Positions 26,801 through 39,037 of a stretch of DNA of 64,000 nt are shown here, piece by piece. The position numbers were made by a program, and so were the translations under genes. The notes below the pieces were generated by a model. That model was not told where the DNA came from, did not search any database, and worked only from the letters and a program-made list of their open reading frames with translations. Origin of the DNA: Amoebophrya sp. A120 (taxonomy: Eukaryota > Protista > Dinoflagellata). The stretch lies in contig CAJINV010000009.1 of the NCBI GenBank assembly GCA_905178155.1, positions 1,671,907 through 1,735,906 of the forward strand, in the 5' to 3' direction. How positions within the stretch are numbered: the stretch's first letter is position 1; each line of letters begins with the position of its first letter.

Positions 26801-29800
26801 CCCGCATGAGAAATCCCCCATTTTGGCGACAGAATTGAGCAGCTTTTGCTCCCGATGCATGAGAGATTTTTCTGTGTTCGAAAATGCGCATCACAAGTTC
26901 GGATCCTTCCAGACCCAGACATTTTTACATTTGATATCGACGTTTCTACCTGGTACTGCTTGGCGAAGGCCGTCTATCGCAAAAAAAAAGTGCTGTTACA
27001 GTTACACATTGTCACGCAAGACTGGCAACAGAGACAACCTTTCTCATGCAGGAAATGCTTCCGAGCCTCTTTTCCTTCCTGTTTTCCCTTATGATCTTCG
27101 CATTACAAGTTTTCTCTGCCACACAGAGAAAATTTGTGATGCAGAAACTCCAACAAATGTGTAACTGTAACACTTTTTTCTCGTGATACCGTCTGGAAGG
27201 CTGCGACGAAGGCCTGGTCCCGGAGGAGGCTGGTGCCGGAGGCCGTGATGGGCAGGGCCATCCGGATCTGCGTGCGGCCAACGAGCCGGACCGTGTTTTC
27301 CGGGGTGCGGATGGTGGTGTCGTCTTGCGGTCCACCACTGTTTGAATTGTCACCGCCCCCTCCAGTGCTCGTCGTCCCCCCACTCGGAGGTATCAAACCG
27401 TCGTCGTCCTCTGACGCGATGATGATGGGGCCGCCGGTTTCCTGGTCCGGGGTGCCGGCGCTGGCAGTCCAGTCGGCGGGATTTTGGGTTTGGTCCCGGT
27501 TCCCCGTGTTTGCGACATTGGGATTGGCGTTCGACGGTGTTGTACTAGAAGTACCTCCCGAAGTGGTTGTGCCATCCGCTGCCGTGCCGCCAGTCGCCGT
27601 TGTACCTCCACTACCAGTTCTACTTTCGTCCGAAGATGACGTCGCGCCATCTCCTCCGTTACCACCAGCCCCGGCGGGTGCGGGCGTGGTTGTCGTCCTC
27701 TATCAAATGTAAAAATGTCTGGGTCTGGAAGGATCCGAACTTGTGATGCGCATTTTCGAACACAGAAAAATCTCTCATGCATCGGTAGCAAAAGCTGCTC
27801 AATTCTGTCGCCAAAATGGGGGATTTCTCATGCGGGTTCGGCATTGCGGAAGCTTCTCGAAACCTGTGATGCTAGAGCTTCCATGCCAGACCTTCTGTGT
27901 AATGCAAAAACAGCATGACTCTTCCAGACCCAGACATTTTTACATTTGATATCCTCGTGTTTGCGATTATGTTCCCCCTCCGGGTCCACTCTGCATCGGA
28001 GACGACCCACGCGCCGTCGATGCTCGGCGGGTCGCCTATGACAGCCTCAGAATGGAAATCCTCAAAGTGGAAATAATTTGTGATGCATGAAATGCGACAC
28101 CAAAAAGACTGTATTGCAGAGGACGCAATGGAGGCCGACTATTGTCCTGCCAGGGGTGAAGAATTGGAGTGCTGCTTAGCACGAAACAAGGGCACCCCTT
28201 TGCCTTAACCTGCATGACAGACATGCTTTAAGGGCCCGGGAAATTTGTCATGCGCCGACTACAAATGGCGCTTCAACTGGGGTCGTTTTTTTGCATCACA
28301 AATCATTTCCACTTTGAGGATTTCCATTCTGAGGCCTTCATATCGCCCGACCCCGTGAAGAGAGCCAGCGCTTCCTTTTCCAAGGAGTCCAGATCGACGG
28401 ATATCTGCGTCTGCAGCTCCATGGGCAAATCGCTGATGGCCCGCCCCGGTTCGTATCTCGTGTTTTGCTTGCAGTTGTCAACCATCACACGAAACAAGTG
28501 CTCCAGCGCCTCCACGTGATCGGCGTTGGACGCGAGTTGGAGCCGTTGCAAGATACGGTTCAGTCCCTTGCGGTATTTCTGCTCCACGTGCTCGGCGACG
28601 AGCGTCTGAAAGGTGGCTGTCAAGGCCTGTTGGTCGCTCGGACAGGACCCGCAGGAGCACTCGTAGCGGTCCGTGGCGCGCACCCACCATACCTCGTCGT
28701 TGGCGCAGAACCGCGGACACCACTTGTTGCCCTCCGTGCTGAACGACGCGTCGTGGCGCACGCAACACCCCCCGAGGTCCGGCATCGTGATGCCGTCGTC
28801 GCAGATGTACCCGTGGTTCTTCACGCCCTGCGGCTCGCACTTCTGGTACTTCTCGCAAAGCGAGCCCGGATCCAGGCACTTCGCCTTGCACTCGTTACTG
28901 GTCTCCGAGATGTGGCTGCACAGGTTCGCGCAGTCGTGCAGACACTCCTGGGCGGCCGGGGTCTGGCACATCGTGTCCCGGGATCCGCACAGCTCGTTCT
29001 CGAAACACAGATGGCGGTGTCCGGGCACGTCGCAGCAGTGGTGCCGCACCGAGGCCGCGTGCACGTTGGTTTCGCAAATGCAGTGGGCCCGCGCCTGCGC
29101 CTGCTCCCACACGGTGGAGTGCGGGTAGCGCTGCGCGCAGGAAAACCAGTCCGCCACCTCGTTCGACCGCTCGAAGCCCTCGGTGTCGCAGACTCGCTTG
29201 AAATTGGCGTGCGTCGTGTTCTGCGCGTGGTCGTGGAGGCACTTGATCTTGTCCCAGCAGTCCTCGCACTCACACTTCGACAGCCCGAGGGCGATCTGCT
29301 GCTCGCGGTACATGTCCTCCAGACAGAGAGGGCTGCACTTTTCGCGGCACTCCTGCGTGCGGGCGTCATTGCAGTTCGGGGAACAATCCATGTCGCAAAA
29401 AGAGCTCCAGGAACTGTGGTAACGTTTTCAACATCAATCTTTAGATCAGTATATATTTTTTTTGCGTGAGTCTGAGTTTGTAAAGCAATGATAATGCGAC
29501 GTGGAGGAAGGAACTTTTATTTGTTCAACATGACGGTTCGAAAGTTTCAATTGTTCTGTTCAGGTGTTCATCATGGAAAAATACGTACCTATTCCTGGAA
29601 TTTGACCAAACGTGAGGTGATGAAATGCAGGCTGCACAAAAAAAAAGAAAGGTTGTATGGTGGATCAAGTTTCATACATCATGGCACGAAAAGAGGTGCT
29701 GCGTTTTGTATACAGTTGTACCTGTATTGACAGCAATCCACTCGGCCACTCGACTGGTCCCAGTTGGGCACGGTGGCATACATGTCGCGCCATTGCGTCT

Positions 29801-30745
29801 TCATATCAATTGCAAAAGTGTCTGGGTCTGGAAGAATGCAAGATTTGTGATGCAGGTTTTCCATGACCCATGAGGTCTGGAATGCGAGACCCAGCATGAC
29901 AGATTTTTTGAGGTCTCTATCATGCCTTTCCTGCATGAGAAACTCCCTCTCAACTTGGTCAAAAGCGGACAGCTTTTGGTACTCACGCAACACAGATTTT
30001 TGCGTCATTCAGATTTAGCATGACAAGTTCCAACCTTCCAGACCCAGACATTTTTACATTTGATACTTCAGGTCTGGAAACTCGCAGAAGCAGTCCATGT
30101 ACAGGTCCTCCTCGATGCCCGGCAAAGTAAAGTCGAGGTTCGGGCTATCCTGAGCAAAAACGTCCCCACACCAGAGTTGTCATGCAGATTTGCCATGACA
30201 GGAACATTTGTGATGCGCAACCGCATGACAGGCATTTTCAATCGTGTTTGGGAACTTGTAATGCTGTAAACAGGATCAACAGATCGATTTGTGATGCGGC
30301 TTTCTTTGCTAACTTGCACTACCTTACGGACTGAAACTTGTCATGCGTGACTCCCAAAACTCCTAGGTTTGTGTTGCAAAATCCCCATCTTGACTCTGGT
30401 GTGGGGACGTTTTTAATCAGGATACGGGTACTGGGACTCCACGCAGGTGGCCCAGGTCAGCCAGGGCTGCGGCTGGTACGACTGCAGCCACCACGAGTGG
30501 CACGCATTGCCCCAGGCTGGAAGCGGAAACGTCGTAAGGAGGACGAGACACGCTGTGGTGGCCGACTGGAATAGTAGCAGGTTCTTGCCGCCGCTCGGTA
30601 GTTTTCGATTTGGATTATGTCCTCGCATGTTGATGCGGTGCTTGATGTTTTCTGGTGGTGGACGTGGAGGTGGTGCAGCTGCACTTGCGAAAATAACTGC
30701 AGGACGAGCTCCACCAGAAGGAATTCCGAATTCAAAACGTTGCAT
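23823..30745 (-). CDS. Cys-rich type I membrane (surface) protein, 8 exons
   Basis: Signal-like segment (ACLVLLTTFPLPAWG), Cys-rich ectodomain, T/G-rich stalk, TM (VILTAVGLGALVFGLVVFIG) and long disordered tail. Continuous frame after removing 6 introners and GT-AG intron 29414-29721. Confidence 0.8.
26686..26936. mobile_element. Introner, family A, young
   Basis: TIR TATCAAATGTAAAAATGTCTGGGTCTG; perfect TSD TCGAC; joins QVETS|KVRINSF. Confidence 0.95.
26975..27188. mobile_element. Introner, family B
   Basis: TATCGCAAAAAAAAAGTGCTGTTACAGTTACACATT ... AATGTGTAACTGTAACACTTTTTTCTCGTGATA; perfect TSD CCGTC; joins AAFQT|AFAKQ. Confidence 0.92.
27701..27951. mobile_element. Introner, family A, young (inverted relative to 26686-26936)
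   Basis: TIR TATCAAATGTAAAAATGTCTGGGTCTGGAAG; perfect TSD TCCTC; joins IIANTR|TTTTPAP. Confidence 0.95.
28037..28342. mobile_element. Introner, family E
   Basis: ~50-bp TIR (TATGA..GCCTCAGAATGGAAATCCTCAAAGTGGAAAT.ATTTGTGATGC); perfect TSD TCGCC; joins TGSGD|PPSID. Confidence 0.93.
29804..30065. mobile_element. Introner, family A
   Basis: TATCAATTGCAAAAGTGTCTGGGTCTGGAAG ... CTTCCAGACCCAGACATTTTTACATTTGATA; perfect TSD CTTCA; joins FPDLK|TQWRD. Confidence 0.93.
30146..30424. mobile_element. Introner, family F
   Basis: TATCCTGAGCAAAAACGTCCCCACACCAGAGT ... ACTCTGGTGTGGGGACGTTTTTAATCAGGATA; TSD CGGGC/CGGGT; joins ESQYP|NLDF. Confidence 0.92.
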
Positions 30746-32034
30746 GTTGATGAAAACTAGAAGATGAAGATCAAGTAAAGCTCCTGGGGGTGAATTTGAT
30801 AAAAATTTCTAAAGAGGAGGACAAAGAGAAAGATAAGGGTAAGAATAGCGGGTAGCTAGTCGAAGGGGTGGTCGATGTAGATCTACACACAAAAAGTCAG
30901 TATCCGATATAATTCGCAAAACATATTGAAATTTGAATTCGGTTTGACAAGTAGAAACAAAATTGAAAAATTTAAGTGCTCTAGCAACACCAACAACTCA
31001 ACATCTTCGTGAATCATACAGAGTTAGGGTTAGCGTTGCAGCATGCAGCCCACCATCGTATTGTTCTTCGTTTACAAGGTGTCTATAGAAGGTGCGGCTA
31101 TAGAGTGCTCGTTGTGGGTTCCTACTATACGTGTTTGCCGCGACGAGCGACCACGTCTTTCATCTGTGGAAAACTAAAAAAACACATAAATACGGGCACC
31201 TGCTCTACCTACCTACATCTCAAAAAGAAGAACGGTCGGGAGTATAGTTCACAAATACCACGACATCAACATCTTGAGGGGAGGGGGAGGCGGCTCTGGC
31301 TTAATATGTAAACACGAGCACACGCCCCGTTCCTGGAAAGAATTCGATTCAGGTTCAGAAAATGACTCGGATGTGACGATAGACTGTTCACGAGCGATTC
31401 ATCCGTCGAGAAAACGGAAAATTTTCTTCTTCACGGAAGTAAATGCGACTTCTCTATGTATGCACATCAAATTCCGAAAAGACCGACTTCGACCGATAAT
31501 TTGTTCAAGATATTTTATGCGTGTACGACAATCTCTGATAGTACAGATGTAGATTTGTATTCGAACAACTCATATCTTCTTTCACTTTCTCTGACTACAG
31601 ACTGCGTAGACGATTTGCGATGGCGAAATGAATCGACAGAAATCAACTTTGCAGATAGTGGGAGGATCCGCAACGTGCAACGCGCCAGCGCGCTTCGCAT
31701 AGAATTAGAAACTAGAGGAAGTACTACAACTTGCGCAAGTAAATGTCCTCCTGACCACGGGTGCGATTGTGAGACTCGCTGTGGCGACGTGTAACAAGTC
31801 TTCGTCGCGTGATAGTTCTCGAAGATCAAGATGCAATATAGCAAATCGGAACGCTGGCACCTGGTATATATGCTGTTACTGGTATATCATTGATCTGCAA
31901 AATAAAAAGAAACCGATTCCCAGCTGCACAGAAGTCCTCACTCGTTGTCTTTCCAATGAATTTGAACACCGAGTAGAGCAGCGCCCGAACAGCAATCCCT
32001 GCACGGCCAGCACAAAATGTTGAGGTTTTTAAAT

Positions 32035-35000
32035 CTAAATCAGCTGAGCACTTCGCTCCTGACAGGTTGGACAATCTGACGTCCCAATTTTCTTTCCATC
32101 ACTTTGGCTCGGCCTATGATTGCTCTTGAAACTACGACCCCAATACGCCTCGCATTTGTCCAATGCATCAACTTCTTTCCCAATGCCCGTAAATTTCTCA
32201 ATTTCCAACGCAATCGGCTCATCTCGTCGCCACTCGTATGGATGTGTCAGAGTTGAAATCGACAAAGTTGAAATAATTTGTCATGCATAAAATGGATGCT
32301 AGTTGGAGCCCAGTTTTCAAGTGGCGCATGACAAATTTCGGCGGTCCCTAAATCCAGTTTGTCATGCTGTTTAGGCAAAGAAGAGCGATTTTCTCGTGCT
32401 ACTTTAGCAGCTCGAGCTGTCACCCCAAACAGGCTTACAGTCGGCCTCACTTGCCTGCTCTGCAACACACGCGCCTCGGGTCATGCATTTTATGCATTAC
32501 AAATTATTTCAACTTTGACGATTTCAAACCTGACGCTTCCATAACTCGTCTCCGGAGTATAACATCGCCGCGTCCTTGCTGTAAAACGTATCCAGAATTT
32601 CGATCTCGAAATCGGAGAGTATGGAAGTGTCGGAATCGAAATTGACAAAATCGAAAAATTTGTGATGCACAAAATCGATGTCAGTTGGAGCCTCAGTTTC
32701 CAAGTGGCGCATGACAAATTTTGGGAGCACCCAAATCCAGTCTGTCATGCTGTTTGGGCAAAGAAGACTCCTCCTGTCATGCTACTCTGGCAGCACATTG
32801 TATACCCCTAAACAGGCTTACAATCGCCCTCATTTGCCTGCTGCCCAATACAGGCCTTCAGTGCCCTACATTTTATGCATCACAAGTTTTTCGATTTTGT
32901 CGATTTCGATCCTGACACATCCATAGAGAGGGCTGCCGGATTATTAAGACTATCATGTTGATGCGCCGCGCCTGTTGTTCCCGGGTTTTGTTTTTGATGG
33001 GCGGCTGCAGATGGATCTTTGCTATCGGGAGCGTTTTCTTGTATTTGTCCTAACACCGCTAACTCCATCCCCACGTTCCCCGCGATCCGATCCGGGTTGC
33101 TTGATCGCGGAATAATTCTAACTCCCTTTTGCAGGGCATACTTCAACAGAAACTCGGCCGGCTCCTTCTGGAATTTATGCACCAACTGCGGGAAGTCGGT
33201 CAGAACTGAGTCAGGAGCTTGCAAGCCCGTCGGATTGTACTCTGACTTGTGGTCGCCGACGAAGGAGCCCTTTCCTAGGGAGCCGTAAGCGACTATTTCA
33301 ATTCCGGTTTTTCGGCAATATTCGATAACGCACGTCGGACGCCACCAGGGGTGGAACTCGAGCTGGTGTGCGGAAATCGGGAGGGGGGAGAGTGGACTTC
33401 TGCTACTTTCGGAAGAGGCGGATAGAGGACGACCCTGTCGAAGATTTATTTCAGTGAGACGATGATTCTCCTCTTCCACCGCTTTTCGCAGCAAGCGACC
33501 TCCGAGGTCTTCCGGTAGGAGATGCAGAGGACGGCCGGATGAAGATGTTCTTGAAGCGCCTCGATTCATTCTCTCCACCAGCGGTTGCATTTGCCACACC
33601 GCGAAGGAACTTACACCTGCGTGACGGATTCTTCCAACGCTCTTCAAATATTCCAGAGCTTTCCAAGATTGCAGACGACACGCGGCCCAACCCATGCCGT
33701 GGTCTCCGCGTCGAGTAGAAGAAGAAGCTGTTTTTCCGACCTCCGGGTCGTGATCCTCACACTCCCTCACCGCTTGCGGTCTGCACCATTCCCTTTCCCA
33801 GGACGGATCGCCAGCTTTTTGTTTTTCCTCCACCGTCCCACACCGATACTGTTCCCAAATATGGTTTCCGCCCGGGTGGTGGAGGTAGACCAAGTCTATG
33901 TAGTCAGATTTCAAGTCCGCGATCTCCTCAAGAACGGCTTTGATCGTTCGATCATACCCGAAGTGCCGAGCCGGATGGATTTTGGTCGTAATGAAAACTT
34001 CGGACCGGGCGACCCCGGAAAGCTTCAGGGAATCGTGAATCCGAGCCATGTTTTTGTACATGACTGCGGAATCGATGTGAAATTTGATGCGACTGGTGTT
34101 CATCTGGACCGCAACCTTCTTGTTGATGGCGTTTTGTTCCTGAAATTCTCTCTTGGCCTGAAACCACACACCTAGCGCATTCGTGACGCGCTCGCCTCGC
34201 CAGCCCGCCGTTCCGGTGCCGATGTGGGGGAGAGTTAGGACCTTTTTGACGAGTGGCGTGGTCGTGGCCTGCTCATGATCACTTGTTTCATCGGAAGATG
34301 TAGTTGCTGGTGCTCCTGGTCCTGCGCTGCGTACTTCGCCCTTCTCAATATTTCCTCTTCCTGTGCTTTTCCTCGGGCCCTCGACAGCCTCCCGCTCCCG
34401 CTCCGTTTCGATCATATGTGCTGCCATTCTTCCGACCGTTCGTCCGAGCTGATCGGTGTGAGCGTGCGTGGTGTACAGCACGGACATATCAGCCACACGA
34501 GCATTCGAGAAGTCCTTCAGTCGAAGGTCGGAGGCGGAGGTGCACGATTCCTCAGTGGTGGATGCTCCTTTTCCCATTCTACACGTTCCGCTAAAGTGCT
34601 TAGCGTCGCTACAGACATTCTCGACGAAACGGCGGAAAATCGCGGAATCCTCAATGGTATCTTCTGGAAAAAGATCGCTTTCGAATTCGGTGTAGGTGTT
34701 GCACTTGCAACGGTACATGAGCATGACAGATGGAGATGCAGAGCGAAAGGTTGCATGACGTGTTTTCTTCATACATAAGAGCTCTTTCCTCTTTGGACAG
34801 AATCAGCTGACGGCAACTCATACTACTAAAGCGATACTTTTGCTGCGATGCATAGACGGCTTGCGTAGGAGGCGAAAAAAGGTGGAGGCGCATTTCGTTC
34901 GATTCCTTGCTCTCGTTGTCCTTTGAGACCGCACCGTTCTGCGTAGAGTCGGTAGGGGGAGTGTAAATGGAATCCCCTGCTACGACCAACAGCCCCTCCT

Positions 35001-38000
35001 CATTCGTTACCATGCCATCAACAAAACTTTCGACACCGTAGATCTTCTCATTCGTGGCTCTGTCGTTCACCTCCCTTTGCATTCCTGGGACTATCTTGCC
35101 CACGAATACGTTTTTTATCCACAGCCTCAACCTCTCGATCGCGACAAAATCCTGACAGGGATGGGCACCGCGGGGGGGAATATGAGTGTTCGAATTTGTC
35201 GTGGTCGACGCGGCAGCAGCTGGAGTGGCGGAAGTCTTCCGCACACTAACTCGGGTACTGTTTCTTGCTCCAGAAGATGTCGGTGAGTCTGAGTCTGTGC
35301 TCTTTTTTCTCCGTTCTTGTTTTCTCCTCGTCCCTCTGTAGCGTATCTTCGGGGGCGTCAGCGGATGAGTACTTACCAGTCCCACTTCCCCATCGGTCTC
35401 CGGCCCGTGGTGGAAATACCAAAGCTTGATGCGCAAATAAACTTGCTCGTCGATGCAGTTTTCCACGATGGTGAATTCGATGTCGCGGTATCCACAGTAA
35501 ATTTCCCGTACACGTACAAAATGCATGACAAATTCCGCTAACTTGCAGTGTGCAACTTGTCATGCTAGACTGGGATTGAAGGCAAGTTTTGTCATGCAGA
35601 GACTGCATTTGTACGTGTACGGGAAATTTACTGTGGATACGCGGTCGAGCATGCCGCTGGCCGCAGGTCGTTGTTCTTTCGTTTCCAGCCCCTCTTCCCT
35701 TCCAAAAAGCCGGGGATCCATCTCCTCCTTCTTTCCCGTCCCATCTTTCTGCTTTCCAACCAGAAGCTCTTCCTCCAGTTCGATCCCGCGTCTGGTTCCT
35801 GTGAGACCCACCCACCGCCGATGATTTGTAATGGCTTTCAGCATCTCGGTGATGGCTGCCGATTTAGCATCCCGGTTCTTCAACTTCGAGTTTCTCCATG
35901 GGGAGGGGCATCCCAACCTATGCAATGTAGACTGCATCGCAGCCACACTAACTTCTAGCATATAAAAAGCGTCTCTGAAAAAATGATAATCGAAATTTTT
36001 CTATGATCGAAAATGGATGTTGCTATGCAGGAAGAAGAAGATTCACATCATGCAGGAACAGCAAAGCATAGCTGCCCTGCTGATTTGTTTTCGCATTTCG
36101 TACGAGTGCGATGCAGCATTTGCAGAGGATAAAAACCGGTCCCCAACAACATCCCGAGCATGATTGTGTGATCATGGAGATTCCGGCCTAGTTCGACGTG
36201 TTCTCTGTTCTTGCCAAAGGCAGGGAGCAACGGAAGCAGGCCGGGAACTCGCACAAGGTGTTTGAATCGACCTAGGCCGGACCTTTGTAGGAATAGGGAG
36301 GCTATGCATTGCAAAAGTATGGCATTCGCATTCCCACTCGCATCTACAGAAACTGGAATGGCATTTATATCTGATCAGCACATAATGATAATTTTGTCAA
36401 AAGCCAAGGTGGAGAAAAGGAACTTGCAATGCGCACTCGACTACGCCTCCATGAAAGTTCTTTGGCACCAGTGCCGCAAGTAGCTTCAGGCGCAGGACGA
36501 GATCTACTGTACGGTGCTCAGAACCGCGAATGAAATACGTCGCGAGGAAGTATGTTCTCACTCCAGCGCACTTCGTATCTTCTGCTGCAGACGTTGACGT
36601 GCTATGAGCTTAGAGCAGAGATCTGATGTCATGCATCGGTGCAATTCAGTACGTAGAAGTATGAAGATGAGCGTACGACTGCGATGCTACAACTTTGTTT
36701 TGCACCGGATATGGGTGTAAACGGTGCCTGCTGCGATAATAACTTCTCGACGCGCCAGGAAGATTTTGCGGCGGTGGATGTTTGGGTTCAAGGAAGAGCT
36801 CTCCAGCTCATACCCAGCCTGAATACTTTGCAAAAGCATCTCGCTGGAGTTGAAGCGGCCGATCGAGTTGCGGTGCTTCAGGGGAAGGCACGAAACGCCG
36901 CGGGCACGCAATTTATCATTTTCCGCCCCGATAAAATTTTCATTTTGGTCCACAATCAGTCTGTCAGCCATGCAACCGGTGTAGATTTTCACCCGTCCGC
37001 TCTGAACGTGATTCTCCGCCACGTAATCATGCCAAGCTGACACGAATTTCTGGTAGAACTTGTCATTCCAAAAAACGTCAGGAAGCTGTTCGTGGTGCGG
37101 CATCGGGGAGTTGCGATTCGAGAAGGCGTCTTTGGCAGCGTGCAAGCGGGTGAGTGGCTTACGCTTTTCGGCGAACGGAGGGATGATTACGCCGCCGAAG
37201 TAGGCTTTTGAGGGAGGTGCGCTAGCACCGTCGTCAGCTGTCGTGTCGCTTTTCAGCAGTTTATTTTCCTCTTCACTTTTTAATATCCCCTTTTCTTGTC
37301 CTTCTCCTTTCTTTTCATCTTTTCCTTGTTTCCCCAAGCTCCTCACTTGCTCGTAGTCCCCCAGATACCGCATTTCCGGTGAGCTCCAGGTTTTCAATTG
37401 CCTAAATAACGATCGGAGAACCGGCCCCAGATTCTTCTCTTCTTTGGGGACATTCATGCACAGGCTGGTTTTCTGGTCAAGCTCGTCCGCGAAGCGCCGG
37501 ACCAGGGCGGGGTCCCATGTGCCGAAGTCCGTCCATTCGTTTCCCCTTTGCCAGCCCCTGCCGTTGACCGCGGAACTGCCCCCAACAGCTTTACCGAAAA
37601 TGTAGTCGAAGTGGGTCGCTGCGGCATAGATCCGATTGACAAAATAGTCTTCCTCATTAGTCCCCCCAGTATCCATCCGGCTGTGCTCGAACGGAGAGGC
37701 TCCTTTGGTGTTGACGAGAAGAGAAGTACTATCTTCAATTCTTGACGTCGAGGATGGAGCAAGGCCATCTTGATCTACTTCTGTTTGTTGCACGCCGTGT
37801 CCCGCCGATTCCGAATCGAGATTCGCCGTTCTTTCCGGGTCCTCCTCGGAGCGTCCGAACACTTTTGTTTCGCTGGGTTCCTGGCCCGCTTCTATGACTG
37901 CGATGGTCTCCTGTGGCCACTTTCGCTTCAAGTAGTCGGCTAGGAACGCCGTTGCTGTGGCCCCTCCCGAGCCAGATCCGATTATCACGTAATCTGCTAC

Positions 38001-38459
38001 TTGGACGTCAACGGCATCCGACAGTTGTATTTGGTCATCTGGGATGCCCTCGACGCCGAGAAGGTTGCCTACTCGGGTGTCGGTGGACGGGCCCTGGCTT
38101 CGACTATGATTTGGATCTCCACCTGCCGAGTTAGCCACCGCACGTTGACCGCCCCAGCTTCCCACAAAGCGTTCGCTGTCCCAGTACGCAGCGGAGAGAG
38201 CATTCGCGTTCCACAGGTTGGCCTCTTCCTCTCCCTCTGCTACCTCGTCTTTCTGCAGCACGCAACAGAGATGAAAATTGTAGCGGTGGTCCCAGCACTT
38301 CGGATTGCCCTTGGGTCCGTAAGCCTCCTGATCACAGCAAAACTCATAGTCAAAACCCGCATGCCAGCAACGGGGGACTTTTAGGTCTTGAGCGTAGAGT
38401 GGCTGCGGCAGCACAACACCGAGAATTGGTAGAAACGAGAACGACGACGACCGCGGCAT
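32035..38459 (-). CDS. Secreted GMC oxidoreductase - aldo-keto reductase fusion protein
   Basis: Signal peptide. GMC motifs: DYVIIGSGSGG, GKAVGGSSAVNG, EVIIAAG, LQRSGLG, GRNLHDH, HFSGTCRMG, RVADMS. AKR motifs: HIDSAVMY, VFITTK, YIDLVYLHHP, QLEFHP, AYGSLG, IPRSSNPDRI. The GMC C-terminus and the AKR domain lie in the same ORF (32880-34772). Confidence 0.85.
32237..32543. mobile_element. Introner, family E
   Basis: TATGGATGTGTCAGAGTTGAAATCGACAAAGTTGAAATAATTTG ... CAAATTATTTCAACTTTGACGATTTCAAACCTGACGCTTCCATA; perfect TSD ACTCG. Confidence 0.92.
32620..32925. mobile_element. Introner, family E
   Basis: TATGGAAGTGTCGGAATCGAAATTGACAAAATCGAAAAA ... TTTTTCGATTTTGTCGATTTCGATCCTGACACATCCATA; perfect TSD GAGAG; joins PAALS|DFEIEILD. 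Confidence 0.92.
35489..35639. mobile_element. Introner, family G
   Basis: TIR TATCCACAGTAAATTTCCCGTACACGTACAAA; perfect TSD CGCGG; joins MLDR|DIEF. Confidence 0.94.
35919..36131. mobile_element. Introner, family H (diverged)
   Basis: TATGCAATGTAGA ... ATTTGCAGAGGATA; TSD CAACC/AAAAC; frame restored (LLGTG|LGCPSPW). Confidence 0.6.
36303..36711. mobile_element. Introner, family H (diverged)
   Basis: TATGCATTGCAAAAGTA ... TTTTGCACCGGATA; weak TSD; joining regenerates the GMC motif AAGTVYTP..FLQRSGLG. Confidence 0.65.
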
Positions 38460-39037
38460 ATTCTTTTGCACGGGTTCGAGTGCTACGCTTAGTTATGGCG
38501 TTCGCACGGTTGCAAGGGAAATAGGTCACGCTCACGACATTTTGATTTGTTTATTTAAATGCACCTGTTCTTGATAATCGAGTGTCACCATGCAAATGCA
38601 TGGTAAAGAGGAGAATGGTACTATTAAACAATACCTTCTACACTCGTCAAAAATTCTCTCAACACTCGTCACAATTGAAATTCTAGTAAAGCTGAACAAG
38701 AAAAGCAAAAATGATCGTCGATTCCGCGTCCTTACAGTCAACAACTGCACAAGGCTTAGAAAAACAGACCTTGGCTTCGCCTTCGATCAACATGTACGAA
38801 TTTCTTATCTGTGCTTTTCACATAAACCATCATCTTTGTCGTGCTTGTCGTTGTCGCCTGTGTCTTTCAGAGCAAGTAGTAACAACATCAAAAAATAAGG
38901 ATCGCTTCGACGGAAAGATCATTACATCTAAATCGAGGAATCGGAGCTTAAGCTTAAGTACCAATGTGGATGATTATCATGTTCTGCAGAGTTGTGCTTT
39001 TCGTTCGCTGACCGAGTCAGAGGTCGCGTGGCATCCT

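Noticed and set aside
26686-26936. Introners read as TA-TSD Tc1/mariner MITEs
   Set aside because: Removing the element plus one TA breaks the frame here. A separate 5-bp duplication lies outside the TA, so TA belongs to the TIR.
26688-27949. Duplicated small ORFs (MSGSGRIRTC..., MPNPHEKS...)
   Set aside because: They are chance translations of the twin non-coding family A elements.
28465-29469. Long plus-strand ORFs (also 45991-46890, 60366-61199, 244-1020)
   Set aside because: These are antisense shadows of GC-rich minus-strand exons or lack protein-like features.
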